Shown here: in pieces, positions 33,920 to 47,613 of the stretch
How the letters are laid out: each line of letters starts with the position of its first letter
How positions within the stretch are numbered: the first letter of the stretch is position 1
Assembly (NCBI RefSeq): GCF_009914755.1
Contig: NC_060934.1
Length of the DNA: 64,000 nt
Origin: the human T2T-CHM13v2.0 reference genome, Homo sapiens
Direction: 5' to 3' (one strand)
Program-made: the position numbers and the translations under genes
The notes under the pieces: model-generated
Told to the model about the DNA's origin: nothing
Seen by the model: only the letters and a program-made list of their open reading frames with translations
The model's database searches: none

Positions 33920-35655
33920 TAAAACCAAGATTCATATCATTTCTCTCTGACCTCAAAGCCCACATCCTCTCTACACCATAGTACTTTAGGGAAACCCAGC
34001 ATTGTCTCAGGTTAGTTGAGCTGGGCAAACAAGGAGAAGAACAGGCCAGACAAAGACAGACAGAATGGAAGCCCTTTCTCTAAAAAATGTGGAAACAGAC
34101 TCAACTGCACAAATCTGTAGGTTTTACAGCAATGACCCAAACTACTAAATATATTTTTGCAGAATAATTCATAGCCTATAATTTAGAGAACACTTATTCT
34201 GCAAATGTTGGTTTTACTCTGACCTTTATTCTGACTTGGAGCCCTTTCATAGATTTTCCTAGAAGAAAAAATTTGAGCTAAAATGTTTCTTAGAGAACAG
34301 CTAAGTCTCCTACCTTACACTTTATAGATAAGGGAACTGAGGCCAAAGAGGTGAAGATAATCTGAAAATCTTTGAGTGACAACTGCTATTCTATTTCGGA
34401 GCCTACTAAACTGACGAGCTTTCCACCAAAATGAAGACATGATTTCCCAGGCAGGATAGGATGGCTTCTAAATTCTGTGGTCTATTTTAGGAACTTGATA
34501 GTCTCATTTTGCTTTGGCCATAATAATACCAAATTCATATATTCTTTCTTCTATTGTGTGACAAAGGCAGATGGAAGCTAAAATCTTATTTGCATTCAAT
34601 TTAATATACATTAATCCAACAGCTTCCTACTAATATGCTGGGGATAAAACAGGAGTAAGCCACATTCTCACACTCTAGAGGGAGAAACGTATTTACAAAT
34701 AATTCCTGGGATAGATAGGAGTCATTTTTTCTAGCTGGAGTGTACTCAGGAAAGAGAATTGCCATAAAAATGCCCCTTGATCCTCTTTAAAACATTTGTT
34801 TAACTAGGCCTCCCTGCAAAAAATTACCCTAATGCTAAACTTGATCTGCGTATCTTTCAGTTCAGTGGGAGACCTTTCACCAGGGCTTAGCAAAGAGTGG
34901 GCAAATGAGTCATCTATAGTCCTACGAGATCTGAAAATAATCCTAAATGAAGCTTCCTAGTTCTTAAATTGAAAAAAATAGCCTTTCATCCTCAGTTCTC
35001 CTAGTCTCCTGTCCTGCCCAAATTATTTAAAAAGCAGAGTATAGCAACCCAACATCCATAATGATTTATGGCACAGATGGAGTTTGCAAAGTAGATAGAA
35101 GGTAAATGCTTTCCTGTCCTCCAAAATAATTAATAATAAAGACTATGATAATAATCTTTTAAAATGCTACCCCCAAACAAACAAAAACATGAGTGTCCTA
35201 TCTATTAAGTCTAATATGGTTCTAGAGACTTCTCCCCACTACTGACAAATGCCGGAGTAGGCGGCAATTACATGATTCCTACACCTTCCCCAGTGTAAGG
35301 AGAAAATTCAGAGATTTTAAATTTAAGAACATATTTCTCTTCTACTTAGGACATTCTCTTCTATCTTTAATCCAGCCTCTTCCATCCGAATTTGGAAATA
35401 CACATCCATTTCAGAAGGGAACCCGTGACTGCAGGAGTCTGGAAGCACTGCTGGCCACCACAGTGATGGCCACCTGCAGGGGATCTGCCTCACGGAGGGG
35501 TAACCCGGTTCTAGGATGTGAGAAGGAATAAGAAAGCCTTAACAAAGTGCAAGAAATCAAAGACTCTTTGAAGCCTCTGTAAATACAATTAAAATTAGAT
35601 ATCATGATCTTAAAAGTCCTCTTAAAAAAAAAATATGCTCAAGAAACCATTTTAC

Positions 35656-35783
35656 CTTTTTTGATTCATAAGAAGTTCTCTGTGAAGATCTTGATGGTTC
35701 CGGGAGGTTTTTACAGGATTGATCAGTTTCTGAGGCCTAATGAGTTCAGGATTGTCATCTTCTATGTAGTCTGGCTCGGCCAT
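35656..35783 (-). CDS. FAM107B: FAM107B coding exon carrying the start ATG of the 131-aa isoform ([20 protein letters not shown]...MNQK/R); the whole exon is 35656-35839 (184 nt)
   Basis: Translation matches the FAM107B/DUF1151 N-terminus as I recall it. Acceptor tttctctttcag| at 35840, donor AG|gtaaaa at 35655, strong Kozak (ATCATGG). The frame is open to the exon 5' end ([19 protein letters not shown]), as in the long isoform. Confidence 0.97.
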
Positions 35784-36304
35784 GATGCTTCTTGTAATGA
35801 GATATGAGTCCTTATGGTCAATATCCTCAGGTGGGCTGTCTGAAAGAGAAAGATGAGAAACACTCATTTGCAGTTTTTGCTAAGGCTTTTCCCACACATG
35901 CAGAGGCCCACAGAGCTGTGCTCAGTATGCTAACACATGCCATCCTCCTGAGTCCACTCTGGGGCATCGCTGATAAATATTCTAAAGCGCTTGGAATGTA
36001 ACTGGGCTGGGGCAGGGAAGAGAATGGTGGCCTGGTCTCGTCTTGCCCATGACTAAGGCCAGGGAGCCCTGTGGCCTGACTTCTATCACTGCCACTGCCA
36101 CAACTTGGGTTCCGGTCACAAAGGATGCTTCCTGCCACCCTGTCTCCATATCGACCTCAGAACAAGCACTTGAGTATGTCAGAAAAAAAGAAAGTTCAAA
36201 TGAAAATTGGAACACTGGCCCACAATGGCTGCAGTTGGACACATGTGTCAGGAAAGAGGGGCCTATAAACTAAAGCTGGCCTCTTGCCTATCTTACTGGA
36301 GTTT

Positions 36305-37352
36305 GTTAAATATTTCACTGATGGTTATTGGTCATAAATCTGTTTACCAGATACAGAACAAAGACGGGATGGAATCAGTCACCCTCCACCAGACTCTAAG
36401 ATGCCTAACCTTTCTCCTACCCACTCAGCTGCATATTTACCTTATTTATCTTATGCACAGCCTCTGTGACCACCAATCACAATCACAGGACTGAAACCGC
36501 TGCTTCACTGCCTGCTTCGCCCACCGCTGTGCCACATGTATTCCCCTGTTACAAAATACAAGGCCGAGCAAGGTGGCTCATGCCTGTAATCCCAGCACTT
36601 TGGGAGGCTGTTGTGGGAGGATCACTGAGGCCAGGAGCTCAAGACCAGCCTGGGCAACATAGCAAGACCCCATATGTTTAAAAAACATTGGAAATGCCCT
36701 GGGCATAGTGGTACATGCCTATAGTCTCAGCTACTCAGGAGGCTGAGGTGGGAGAATCACTTGAGCCCAAGAGTTGAGAGGCTGCAGTGGGCTATGATTG
36801 CACCACCGCACTCCAGCCTGGGTGACAGAGCAAGAGCAAGACCTCATATCTCTAAAAGAAAAGAAAAAAAAAAAAAAAAAAGAGGCTGGGCACAGTGGCT
36901 CATATATGTAACCCCAGCACTTTGGGAGGCTAAGGTGGCTAGATCACTTGAGGCCAGGGGTTTGAGACCAGCCTGGCCAATATGATGAAACCCTGTCTCT
37001 ACTAAAAATACAAAAAATAGCCAGGCGTGGTGGCGTAGTCCCAGCTACTTAGGAGGCTGAGGCAGGAGAATCGCTTGAAGCCAGGAGGCAAGAGGTTGCA
37101 GTGAGCCGAGATCGCACCATTGCACTCAGCCTGGGAAACAGAGAGAGACTCTGTCTCAAACAAAACAAAATAGAAAAGGAAAGGGAATGAAACGTATATA
37201 TATTGCGCCTCACATAACTTACTTTGGAACCCATTCTCAGTCTACACTGAGTCTGTGTTCTCAGGCTTAAGTAAGTCCTCAAACTTGGCTCCAAATAAAT
37301 CTAACTGCGATTTCTCTAAGTTTTAGTGCTTGTTGTTTCACTTGTTGGTCAA
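36305..37352 (+). mobile_element. Probable ERV1-class solo LTR (MER34/MER39-like), split by two Alus
   Basis: accagatacagaacaaagac...ccaatcacaatcacagga before the Alus; gtcctcaaacttggctccaaataaat after. Family assignment tentative. Confidence 0.45.
36561..37170 (+). mobile_element. Head-to-tail Alu pair: AluJ (36561-36881) plus AluS (36883-37170)
   Basis: Two Alu dimers, each with an A-rich tail. Confidence 0.9.
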
Positions 37353-38199
37353 TAGGCACCGGACCCAGGTCCTTTACTGCTAATCCTTCAGCCTCAGCAA
37401 ATCAATCTATGCTACAAACATATCAATGCTGACCCTGTGCCAGTGGAAAAGGCTTCTAGTTCTCAGCACGGTGCTCGCTGGCCTGTGACACTGCTCACTG
37501 TCTCCTTCCTTAAGCACCTTGTGGGCTTCATCCTGCTTGTATCCTTCCAGGCCTTTCCTCAAATGTCACCTTCTCAGAGAGGCCTGACCTCCTAGCTGCC
37601 CTGCTGAAAAGTATGACCCTGCCCCCAGCACCTCCCCGTGTTATGTTCTGTCCACCAAACCAAAGCAACATCTTTACAAAGTTAATGTGAAAATAAAGAG
37701 AATGAAAATCCAAAGGCTAAGTCAACTGAAAAATAATGTAGCTGCAACATTTGTTTAAATATCTTAAATATCACTCCATGATTAGGCTCAAAATTATCAA
37801 ACAGTAAGGCATATATAATAAATTACACCAAACATTCCTCAGACACTAGTTGCATTGCTCTTTTAACAACAAGAATGCCTGCAACCTGAACTGAATTGAG
37901 AATTACAAACCTCACAGAGGGTGACTCAGGGAACCCATCACAGCCAGCCTGATATCAACACACTGTCCCATGGAAAAACGTGCTCCTCGGCAAAATCCTA
38001 AATGCACTACATACACCTCTGCTCAGCCACAAGTGTCTGAAAAATCAACTGCAGTTTCCTTCTAGTTAATCATAGACCAAGAAGGCTACACACTTCCATA
38101 AAAGGCTCCGTATTTCTGCCCTTCACCATAGATAATCTCCACGATGCCAAACCCAAACAGACAACTGCCTCTGACCTTGACCTCGTTATTACATTTGGG

Positions 38200-38810
38200 G
38201 AGGAGCTGGAGGGAATGTGACAGAAGAGCGGGCCGTGATCAGCAGCGAGAAGAGCGCATGCAAAGGCCACAGGGTAGGAGGGTGCCTGGGGGGGATGAGG
38301 AATGGCAAAGCGCGAGGCTGGCTGCAGGGGAGGGAGGGATGGTGAGGATATAGAGCGTGGGAACTTGAACACCAGTGCTGGCATTCTGGTCTTCACCCTG
38401 AGGGCCATGGGGAGTCATTTCCAGGTTCTGAGCAGAGTAATGACGGTATCTGACTCATGAGTTAAAAGATTACTCCAGCTCCCAGGTTTAGAACGGGCTG
38501 CAGGCAGGCAGGGCGGCAGATGCAAAGGTCATCCAGGTGAGAGATGCTTTAGACTCACGCAGCAGCAGCATAGGTAGGCGGAGAGCCTGATTCAAGATGT
38601 ATTTTAAAGGTAAAGTCTCTGGGACTTCCTGAAGGACTGGACACGAGGCGTGAAAAGCACTGAGGAATCAAGGATGACTTGGAGGTTTCCGGCCTGAGCA
38701 ACCAGAAGGCTCAAGTTGCCATGACGGGAGGCTGAAAGAGCAAGTGGATCTAGGACGTGTCGAGTCTGAGACGTCTGATCGACATGAAAGAGGTGACATT
38801 GAGAGGGCAA
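38200..38810. mobile_element. L2 fragment
   Basis: ttctgagcagagtaatgac...gttaaaagattactccagct; gaggaatcaaggatgacttggaggtttccggcctgagcaacc. Confidence 0.7.
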
Positions 38811-41800
38811 GTGCAGCCAGCGCTCAAGCCTGGGTGACTCGCTCTCCTTTACCTGACTGACTCGCTCTCGTTTACCTGACTGACTGGCCCTCTGCAGTCT
38901 CAGGCTTTGCCTGCCCTCCGCTTTCCGTCCCCTCATCCTCTGTCCCGCACTCCCACTTCCCCCTCAACTAGAGACAGCATAAGATGCCCACTCAGCCTTT
39001 CCTGGACGTCAGTGTTGAGGTGCAAACATGACTTGGGCCTTGTTGCCAGGAGGGAGGTTGAGCTTCCAGTGCACAGAATGAAATGACTTTAGTTCTGAAT
39101 CTAGGAAACAGGCCCTAGCTTGGGATGTTTTTCTGACTTCTCTTTAGATTTAGTTGCTTGGAAATCTTTCTTCTCACATAGGACCAGTGGGGTGAGGGGC
39201 ACCCAAGCCTGTCTCCTATTAGAGAGACACGGGCACTGCGAGCCGGTGCAGGAGGGGGGGGCTGCGGTTGACTTTTCAGACACTTGTGGCTGCACAGAAG
39301 TGCGTGTAGTGCATTTAGGATTTCAGCCCAGGAGGATGTTTTTCCGTGGGACAGTGTGGTGAAGTATATGTATATGCTGTCAACACAGGGGCAAACATCT
39401 TCCTTCTTTTTCACTGGTTTGTCCTTCTTCACAACTGGAGCTGGAAAAGGGGGTGCACAGGAGCCTCTCAGTCTGAGTTAAGCATGGAGACCTTAAGCCT
39501 GTCCTCAGAACAGGTGGCATGGTCCCTGCAGCTCCTCATGCAAAGGCCACACTGGGGTCTGGGAAATGGTCATTTAGTAACAAGGGGGTGAACGGGCCGG
39601 AGCAACCCCCTCCTTGAGTCTTTGTACTCAGGGCAGTGGTGGTGGCGGGAGAACCATGTGGGATCTGGGTTCCAGCTGCTTCTCAGTGACACCCCGCCCT
39701 GGAGCTGTGACTAACACATGGCAATAACCATCACTATGACCTTCTTCACAGCTCTCTTCCCTCTGCCAGCCATCCTGCTCACTGCTACCAACGCTGGAAA
39801 ATACAACTCTGGTATAAGGCAACTCTTGCGTCTCACAAATCCTATCTTCCGATCAAGCTGAAACAAATGTTCTTGCTCCCCACATCCTCACACCCCGCCT
39901 TCCCTCCACCAGCATGCTTACAGCAGCACTGCACCCTCCGAAGGCGTGCTGAGGCTTTTCCCACCGCAGCCCCGGATCTCCACAAAGCCAAACTCACGCA
40001 TCCAGCAGATCCAAATAAATGCCGCATCTGCCCTGACGCCTTCCCAAATTCTATGGGATGTTCTTTGTTCTTTTTTCCTAGTAATTCGTCAACCACCGCC
40101 TTGTATTATAGCAATGTGGATATAAATCTTATCCTCTCTTCACTGCAAAGAACATGTCTGGTTTATGTTCCTATTCTTTTGACCCCTTGGACCTGTTCAG
40201 AAAGCATTACTTAAATGAAGTAACAAAGGCATGGGCTAACGACAGAGGGTGTCCCTGAGCCATTTGGATTCCACCGCCATAAGGTGTAGTGCAGAAAGTG
40301 GGGTTGAGCGGCCAGGTACATTTCCTCTCTGAGCAACAAGGAATCCAGGAGCCTGAGAGTAAAGATGGGGTAGAAATGTCTAGAGGTACAAGTACTTTGC
40401 AAGCAAATATTATTACTGACATGAAACATCATTTCTAGAAATAAACACAAAGATAATCTTGTCACAGTCACTTCACTGGTCAAGTAACTTACTCAAAGTA
40501 ACTTTTTTTAATGTATTAAGTCAATTAAGGAAAACCAGGACCAGCTCAGTGAAGGAGAAATAAAACTGGTTTGAGATCCTGGACAAATCCTAACTTCCCT
40601 GACCCCCAGCTCTCCTATGTGTAAAATGAATGCTGTAAAAACTGAGTAAAATGTATATGCAAAGACTCTCTCTAATCCCTGGCACAAACATGAGAACTCA
40701 ATAGAAGCTATTATAAGCCCAACTATGCAACCAGCAACATTACATACTTTATTTAGAGGCCTGGAAAACTCTGTATAGGAAACTCTACTTCTCTGGGCTT
40801 TGATTTCTTCAAAACTGTAACTTCAGTTGAATGACCCACAGACTTTCTCACTGACAACGTTCAATGGTTCTTGGACCTATTCATGCAACTAACATAAGAA
40901 GCTTCTGGAAAGTCTAAAAAGGTCTGTCTATCACACTGCCAAGGTGCTGCATGAAGTTCTGAATGGCTCCAGTCGTTCAGAGTGGGGCAGGAAACAGACA
41001 GGCCTGATGACAAGGGCCTCTCGTGCTGTTCTGAATGGAGGGGACTCACTGAAAGATTTTCAAGCTGTTGAGTAATAACAGAATTGTATTTCAGACAGAC
41101 ACACTATGCACTGAAAAATGCTGCCTGATGAGAATTCTACCTTTAATTTCCACTGAGCAACACACGGAAGTCATTATTTGACTCTACTATCCCAGAGCAC
41201 TGGGAAATCCCATGCTTACAGATGGATTTTGAGTCCTTGCTTTTCATGTTTTTCCCTTTCCAAAGTTCACTCCGGGCCCAGCTCTCTGGCTATCCCAGGT
41301 ACTTCTGTTGACTGCTTTCCAGAGGTGAATTACCATTCCCTCGGAAAACTTTCACAACTGGGCTGATAAAACAAACCCAGACCGTAGCTGGCTTGCCCCA
41401 GCAGACTGCTCTGGTTCCATGTCTGCATATTTCTACATCAAAGAGATGAATTCAAAACCTAATCCTCTAAGATTTAAAAATCAGAATTTACAGATTATGC
41501 TAGTTTTCATGTTTACCTAAATATATAAGACCTAATTCTATCTAGAAGCACTAATACTTGAATCCTTTCTAAAACAATCTCTTGGCACGTGGCAACGTGT
41601 ACAGTTTACAGGTGCGCTACCACCAACCAAAGTGAAACAACCTTTTGAACTGCTAAAACGTCTGGAAAGTTAAAAGTAATTCCAAGATACTTTTGGAGAA
41701 TCTGTTTCCTAAGCTGTCTCTAAGATTCTGCCAACCCTCTGGCAATACCCTGAGAAACCCAAGTTACGTAAGGTGGAGGCGGCAAACTCCAGGCCGGGTC

Positions 41801-42884
41801 AGCCTGAAAAGGGAAAGACACCTCTTAGATCCAAAGCCTCTCTCTCAGCACCCACAGTTCCCAGACAGGCAGGAGCCTGAGTTCCGGTAAGAATTTTTCC
41901 CAAAGTGCAGTTGGTTTCATCACAAACTCCTGACTTGCCTGGCCCTAAGGCAAACCTAAAAATTTCCATCTTAGACCAGGCAACAGACAAGTGCCCAGGG
42001 GATTTCTGTGGCCACCAACCTGGTGCACCAAGGCTTAGAAACGACGTCCCACCAGAGTCATCAGCGTAAGTGCAGAGACGTTATTGTTTCATACTCTGCC
42101 AAGCTCCACTATGGCTACGGGACAGTCCTCTGTGGCTTCCCAGGATGGTCATTTAAAACAATGACGAACTCAATAAATTTGCTGCCAATATGTTGTTGTA
42201 CAAATGCCAAACAGTGATGCTCTTGGGAAAGTATCAAACTCATTTTCTCATCAGTTTTTTCATCCCCCGAAAATGTATTTTTACAAATAAGGCACATATT
42301 TTATATTTAGAAAATGGCAGAGGAGGAGGGAGTGACAACTAAGGAGGGCAAGAAACATCCGACAGACATCTGCCTACACTACAGCAACCAGAAGCTGGCC
42401 CGAGTGAGGTGGGAACGACCAATAGGTGGCGACACCTCCTCAACTAATGAGGTGTCCAGACCTGGAATGGCAGGTCCGCTTTCCTTAGGACAGCCAGAGT
42501 GGAGCAGCCATGCCCACTCCGCCTTCCTGCACTGTAGTCAAAGCACACCCCAAAAGCAGCTGGCCATTCTGAGAGATGCAGGGAAAGGAATCCATCTTGG
42601 AGCTGGTGTCCATGTCACCTGGGGGTATATGTAAGCTTCCCCTGTCACTTGGTCCTCATACGGCCCATGAGGCAGGGGTCATGACTTCCCAGTCTCCAAA
42701 TGAGGCTGACAGCTTCAAGAGCATGGGTTTGGGTGGGGCAACCCGCATCTGCATTCCAGCTTCCTCACTTGCTCTAAGTGTGATCTTGGGTAAGGGCCTT
42801 CGCCAGTTTAACAAGGCAACAATGAAAAAGGACTGACAGATCTCACAGGGTTGCTATGAAGAGTAAATAAGAAATGCAACTGCT

Positions 42885-43235
<351 letters not shown>

Positions 43236-43579
43236 CTATTAGCGCTGTCACTGGCAACGAATAAGAATAAATTAGTAACAATAATGCTGTCACTGCTGCC
43301 CAAGGTTACCAAGCTGCTTAAGAGCAGGACCAAGATTTGACCTTGAGTCTGTGTAATTCCAAAAGGAAGCTCTTAGGCACTCCATGGGCTGGGATGATGG
43401 ATGGACGAACCAGATTTGACTTTAACAGAATGATTTCCTGTCTCTCAACAGGACTTTAGAACCTTTCTAACATCACAGCTTTACGATCCCAAACAGAAAA
43501 CATCTTGCAAAGGATGACATTAAAGTGAGATGGGAGGCAGGAAAGACATATTTCATTAAAATATATCAATATAAATGAT

Positions 43580-44060
43580 TTTTATAAGAATGTTAATGGC
43601 AGGCCATTCATAATAGTCCCAAACTGGAGGCAACTCAAATGTCCACTAACAGTAGGATGGGTAAGTAAACAGCGGTGTGCTGACATAGTGGAATACTATG
43701 CAGCAATGAGAATGAACTGGCAATTCTGCAAGCAAAGCACAGCTGAATCTCACAAATACAACGTTAAGCAAACAAAGCAAGATGCAGAAGAGTATATACT
43801 GCATGCGTCCATGTACATAATGTTCAAAATCAGGCAAAACCAACCTTTGATGTTAGGTGTCAGGATAATGCTTATTTCGGGAGTGAATAGACGGCAGTAC
43901 CAATGGGGCTTCCAGGGTCTGGAAAAGATTGTTTCTGGATAATACAGATTCTGGTGACACAGGTGTGTTTCCTCTAAACATTCACCCTCAATCAGTACAC
44001 TTTTTTGGTGCATGCCCTCCTCTGCATGTGTAAGAGTACACGTTCAACAGCTATTAAAAT
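43580..44060 (+). mobile_element. L1ME 3' fragment
   Basis: cataatagtcccaaactggaggcaactcaaatgtcca, gtggaatactatgcagcaatgagaatgaac. Confidence 0.75.
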
Positions 44061-47000
44061 TACTATCCACAAGTCACTTGGTTGCTGCTGCATAATGACA
44101 ATTCTGTCATTTCATCCATAGTCCATGGGAAGTTATACAGCATAATGGAAAAAAGCATCAGGCTTGAAGACCACCCATCTTGAATTAGAATCCCTGGTTA
44201 GGTCACTCATCAATTATTGATTTTATAAAATTATTTAACCTGAGTCTTGATTCCTCAACTGGAAATCAGAGCTAGTACACTTGCATATGCAGAGTTGGTC
44301 TCAGCATTCTTGAAAACTCATGGAAAACATCTACCATCCACAGTACTTGCCCACGTGGCAGATGCTCAACAAAGTAGGCAAACAGTCCCAACAAACTAAT
44401 TCATTACTCTAACTCTCCATTACTTAATGTTCCATCAACATGAAAGTGAATGACCGTATACCGCAAGTACACTAGTTTAAACAAAGAATAATGATGAACC
44501 CAATCTTGGCCTCTGCTCATTTTTCCAGTGTGGACAGGGAAGGGAGAAAGTGCTGTGGAGGAAAGAAAATGACTGGAGCAGGATCTCAGAGAGGCTTGTG
44601 CCAAAGTTGGGTACCCAAGACCCAGCTGGTATCTGTCAGAAGAAAGTGAGGCTGATGGTCAAGCAATGACAGTTTGGGCTGCTTTCCATGCAAACTAGCA
44701 AATTACTCCTGCAACTAAATTTCTTCAGCCTTGTACCTCCCCAAAGTCTGCATCTTGGCTAAAAAGAGGCATTTTCTATATTGTCCAAATATATCATGAT
44801 CAAAGCCAAAGTTAAAAAAAAACAAAGCAGTTCTCACATAATCTAGTTTTGCCAGGAAGTTGGATATTCAAACAAACTTAGAAAAGACTGAAGACAAAAT
44901 ACAGAGAGAAAATGAAAACAAAAACAAAAATACTCTAGGGTGTGAGAACAAGAAGTCTCTAGATAGAAGAAAACTAATTTAAAATAAACAAAGATTCATT
45001 CAATTCCTGGCTCAGGGAAGGAGGTAAAAATGGCTTAAGGGGGGAATAAAATCCTTCAAGGGCCCACAGACAACTATAACAGCCCCTTGTCTTGGCAAGA
45101 GGCTGATCCTTGGTGACTTTTTTCACCCAGTTGAAAGTCCTAGGACTGCAGATAAGACACAAACCCTGCACCCTCACTTCCTCTACTCCTGTGCAGATTC
45201 TAGAATTCCCTGGTAGACTGCAGAACTACCCTCATCCTGTGAGTAGTACCTGGTGGGAGAGAGGAATGTCCCCTAGGTTCAGCCAACAGCAGCACATCTA
45301 TGGAGAAACGAGAAGGGCGACCAGACGTCTGCCATGTTCACCATGTGGACGTGACACACAGTCAGAGCCTGCTCCACTCTGCAGCTCTGGGTGTCCCAGC
45401 CCTAGTCAGTCCCATCTGAAGCCCCAAAGCACAGAATGTTTATCAACCAAAGAGGTGCATTTGAGCTTATTCCCAGGGCAATGGCTGGGCCTGAGAACTA
45501 TTCCAGAGAAATTTCACCCTGAGAAGGACCTTGGCTAATGTTCCCCAGACCAACTGCTACCTAGGAGCTGGCAGTGTCACTTGGCCTGTCAGGTGTTTTT
45601 TCTGGTAAGAAGTGCCTGTGCTTCTGGCCCTCAATGTCTGTCCCCAAGGGCTGTGATCCGTGGTCACTAACAGACAACAAATGTCATCCTTCAAATATTC
45701 ACAGCAACAGCATGTTTCTATCCGCATGACAGTCCACACCCGGCAGGGTTTTCTCAGGCCATCCAGGGCTCCCTCCTTTGGTGACACTCTCCTGGGCCTC
45801 TCCTGGGTCTGGGGCTGGTATTTCCTTGCTGATGCGAAGGCAGCCCCTGGACCACCCTCCCTCTGTCCTCCCCCTGTTCTCCCCCAGCTTTCTGCCCACA
45901 CTTCCTCTTCCCTCCCTTTAACGCCACCAGCAGTCCAGGCAGAGGGCCACAGCCCTGTCCTCTTCTCTCGATCATGCCTCTGGAAACCCCATACACCTTT
46001 ACCCCTTCTGCTACAAGAGCTGTTTCTAAAGTGTGTGTGGAGATAGTTCCTGACTTCCCAAGCTCTGGCTCTGAAATTCCAACTTCGTACTGGAATGTTC
46101 ACCTCAGAATCAACAGGTGTCAAGTTGAGCTCCCCTTTACTCACGATTTATTGAAGGCCTCTGAGGTGCCAGACACTGCCCAGGTGCTGGAAAGGACACT
46201 GAAAGGACAGAGCCAACCCCACCCCACAGGGCCTACACTGTAGCAGAAGTCATCCCAGGCGAATTTGAGTTTGAGCTATTGTTTCTCAAAAGCAACAGAG
46301 ACGACAGCACACACACCATTCTTCCACTGAGAAACAATCCCTCGCAGTCTTCCCTTAACTTCCTTATTTCTCCCAAAGGTTCTATCTCACAGGTTTCAAC
46401 CCTAAGTACAGAATCGATCATCAGTTCCCTTCCATAAACGCATCTGAAAATCGCCCCCTATCACCAGTCGCTCATCCCTCATCCTGGGAATTGTGCACTT
46501 GGCTTCTCCATGGCCTCCATCCCCTCCGGTTGCCTTTCCCTCTAATCCGGCTGCATCCTCAGTCAAATCCAATGAGCTAACTCATTTAATCAGATCAGGG
46601 CTACCAAGCCGAGCATCACTGGTCACCTCAGGAGAGGATGCTAAACTGCTTGGCCTTCTGTGGCCCCCTTCTCGATAGTGGAGTCCTCAATTACCTTTAC
46701 AAATGTGTGGTTCTTAACTCTCTGGCATCAACTCTAGGCAGCCAGTACACACCAAGCCCGTGCACGTTCCCATCTCCACCTCTGCTTCCGATTTCCTCCT
46801 GGGCAGAAATCCCTCCTCCCCAGCCAGTAAAACTCCAGGCACCTTGCAAAGACCAGCTCACAGCCTGCCTCCCCGAGTCTTCCCGGGGCCTCTCCTCCGG
46901 AGACATGTCCTACTGTTTGAACTGCTGTGGAAGACTCCACTGGACGCCCCTTGCCTCAGGCACTTCCCCGCCTGTGGGCTAATTTCCCACGTTTCCACAC

Positions 47001-47297
47001 TGTCTCCCCTTGAAGGACACAGAAGTGAATCTCTGCAGAAGGGAAAAGACCTCTGAGTGACTTCCATCCTCTCCCCTATGCTCTGGCACAATGGCTTGTA
47101 CATAAGCCATACAAAGTAGCAGTGGCCTCACAGTGACTAGCAGACACAGAAGAGCTAGGAGAAAGCTGGAGCTGCCGACTCCTTGTGCCTCTGGCTGACC
47201 TCCAGAGGCCAGCAAACCTCTCATCTTACCTCCTATTGCCTTCCCCAGCCCTGGGCTGTATGTCACACTGTGTGCACCGTATTAAAACGTACTGAAT

Positions 47298-47613
47298 GGG
47301 CCGGGCACAGTGGCTCACGCCTGTAAATCCCATCACTTTTGAGAGGCTGAGGCAGGCAGATCACTTGAGATCAGGAGTTTGAGACCAGCTTGGCCAAGTA
47401 GAAACCCCATCTCTACTTAAAAAAATAATAATAATAATACAAAAATGAGCCAGGCATCGTGGTGCATGTGTGTAGTCCCAGCTACTTAGGAGGCTGAGGC
47501 ACGAGAATCGCTTGAACGCAGGAGGCAGAGGCTGCAGTGAGCCAAGGTCACGCCACTTCACTCCAGCCTGGGCAATGCAGTGAGACTCCATCTCAAAAAA
47601 AAAAAAAAAAAAA
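47298..47613 (+). mobile_element. AluS
   Basis: Alu dimer with A tail; flanks gta(c/t)tgaatg. Confidence 0.9.

Noticed and set aside
45557-46144. 195-aa minus ORF and overlapping ORFs in a GC-rich intron segment
   Set aside because: No recognisable domain or splice support; long ORFs are expected in GC-rich DNA
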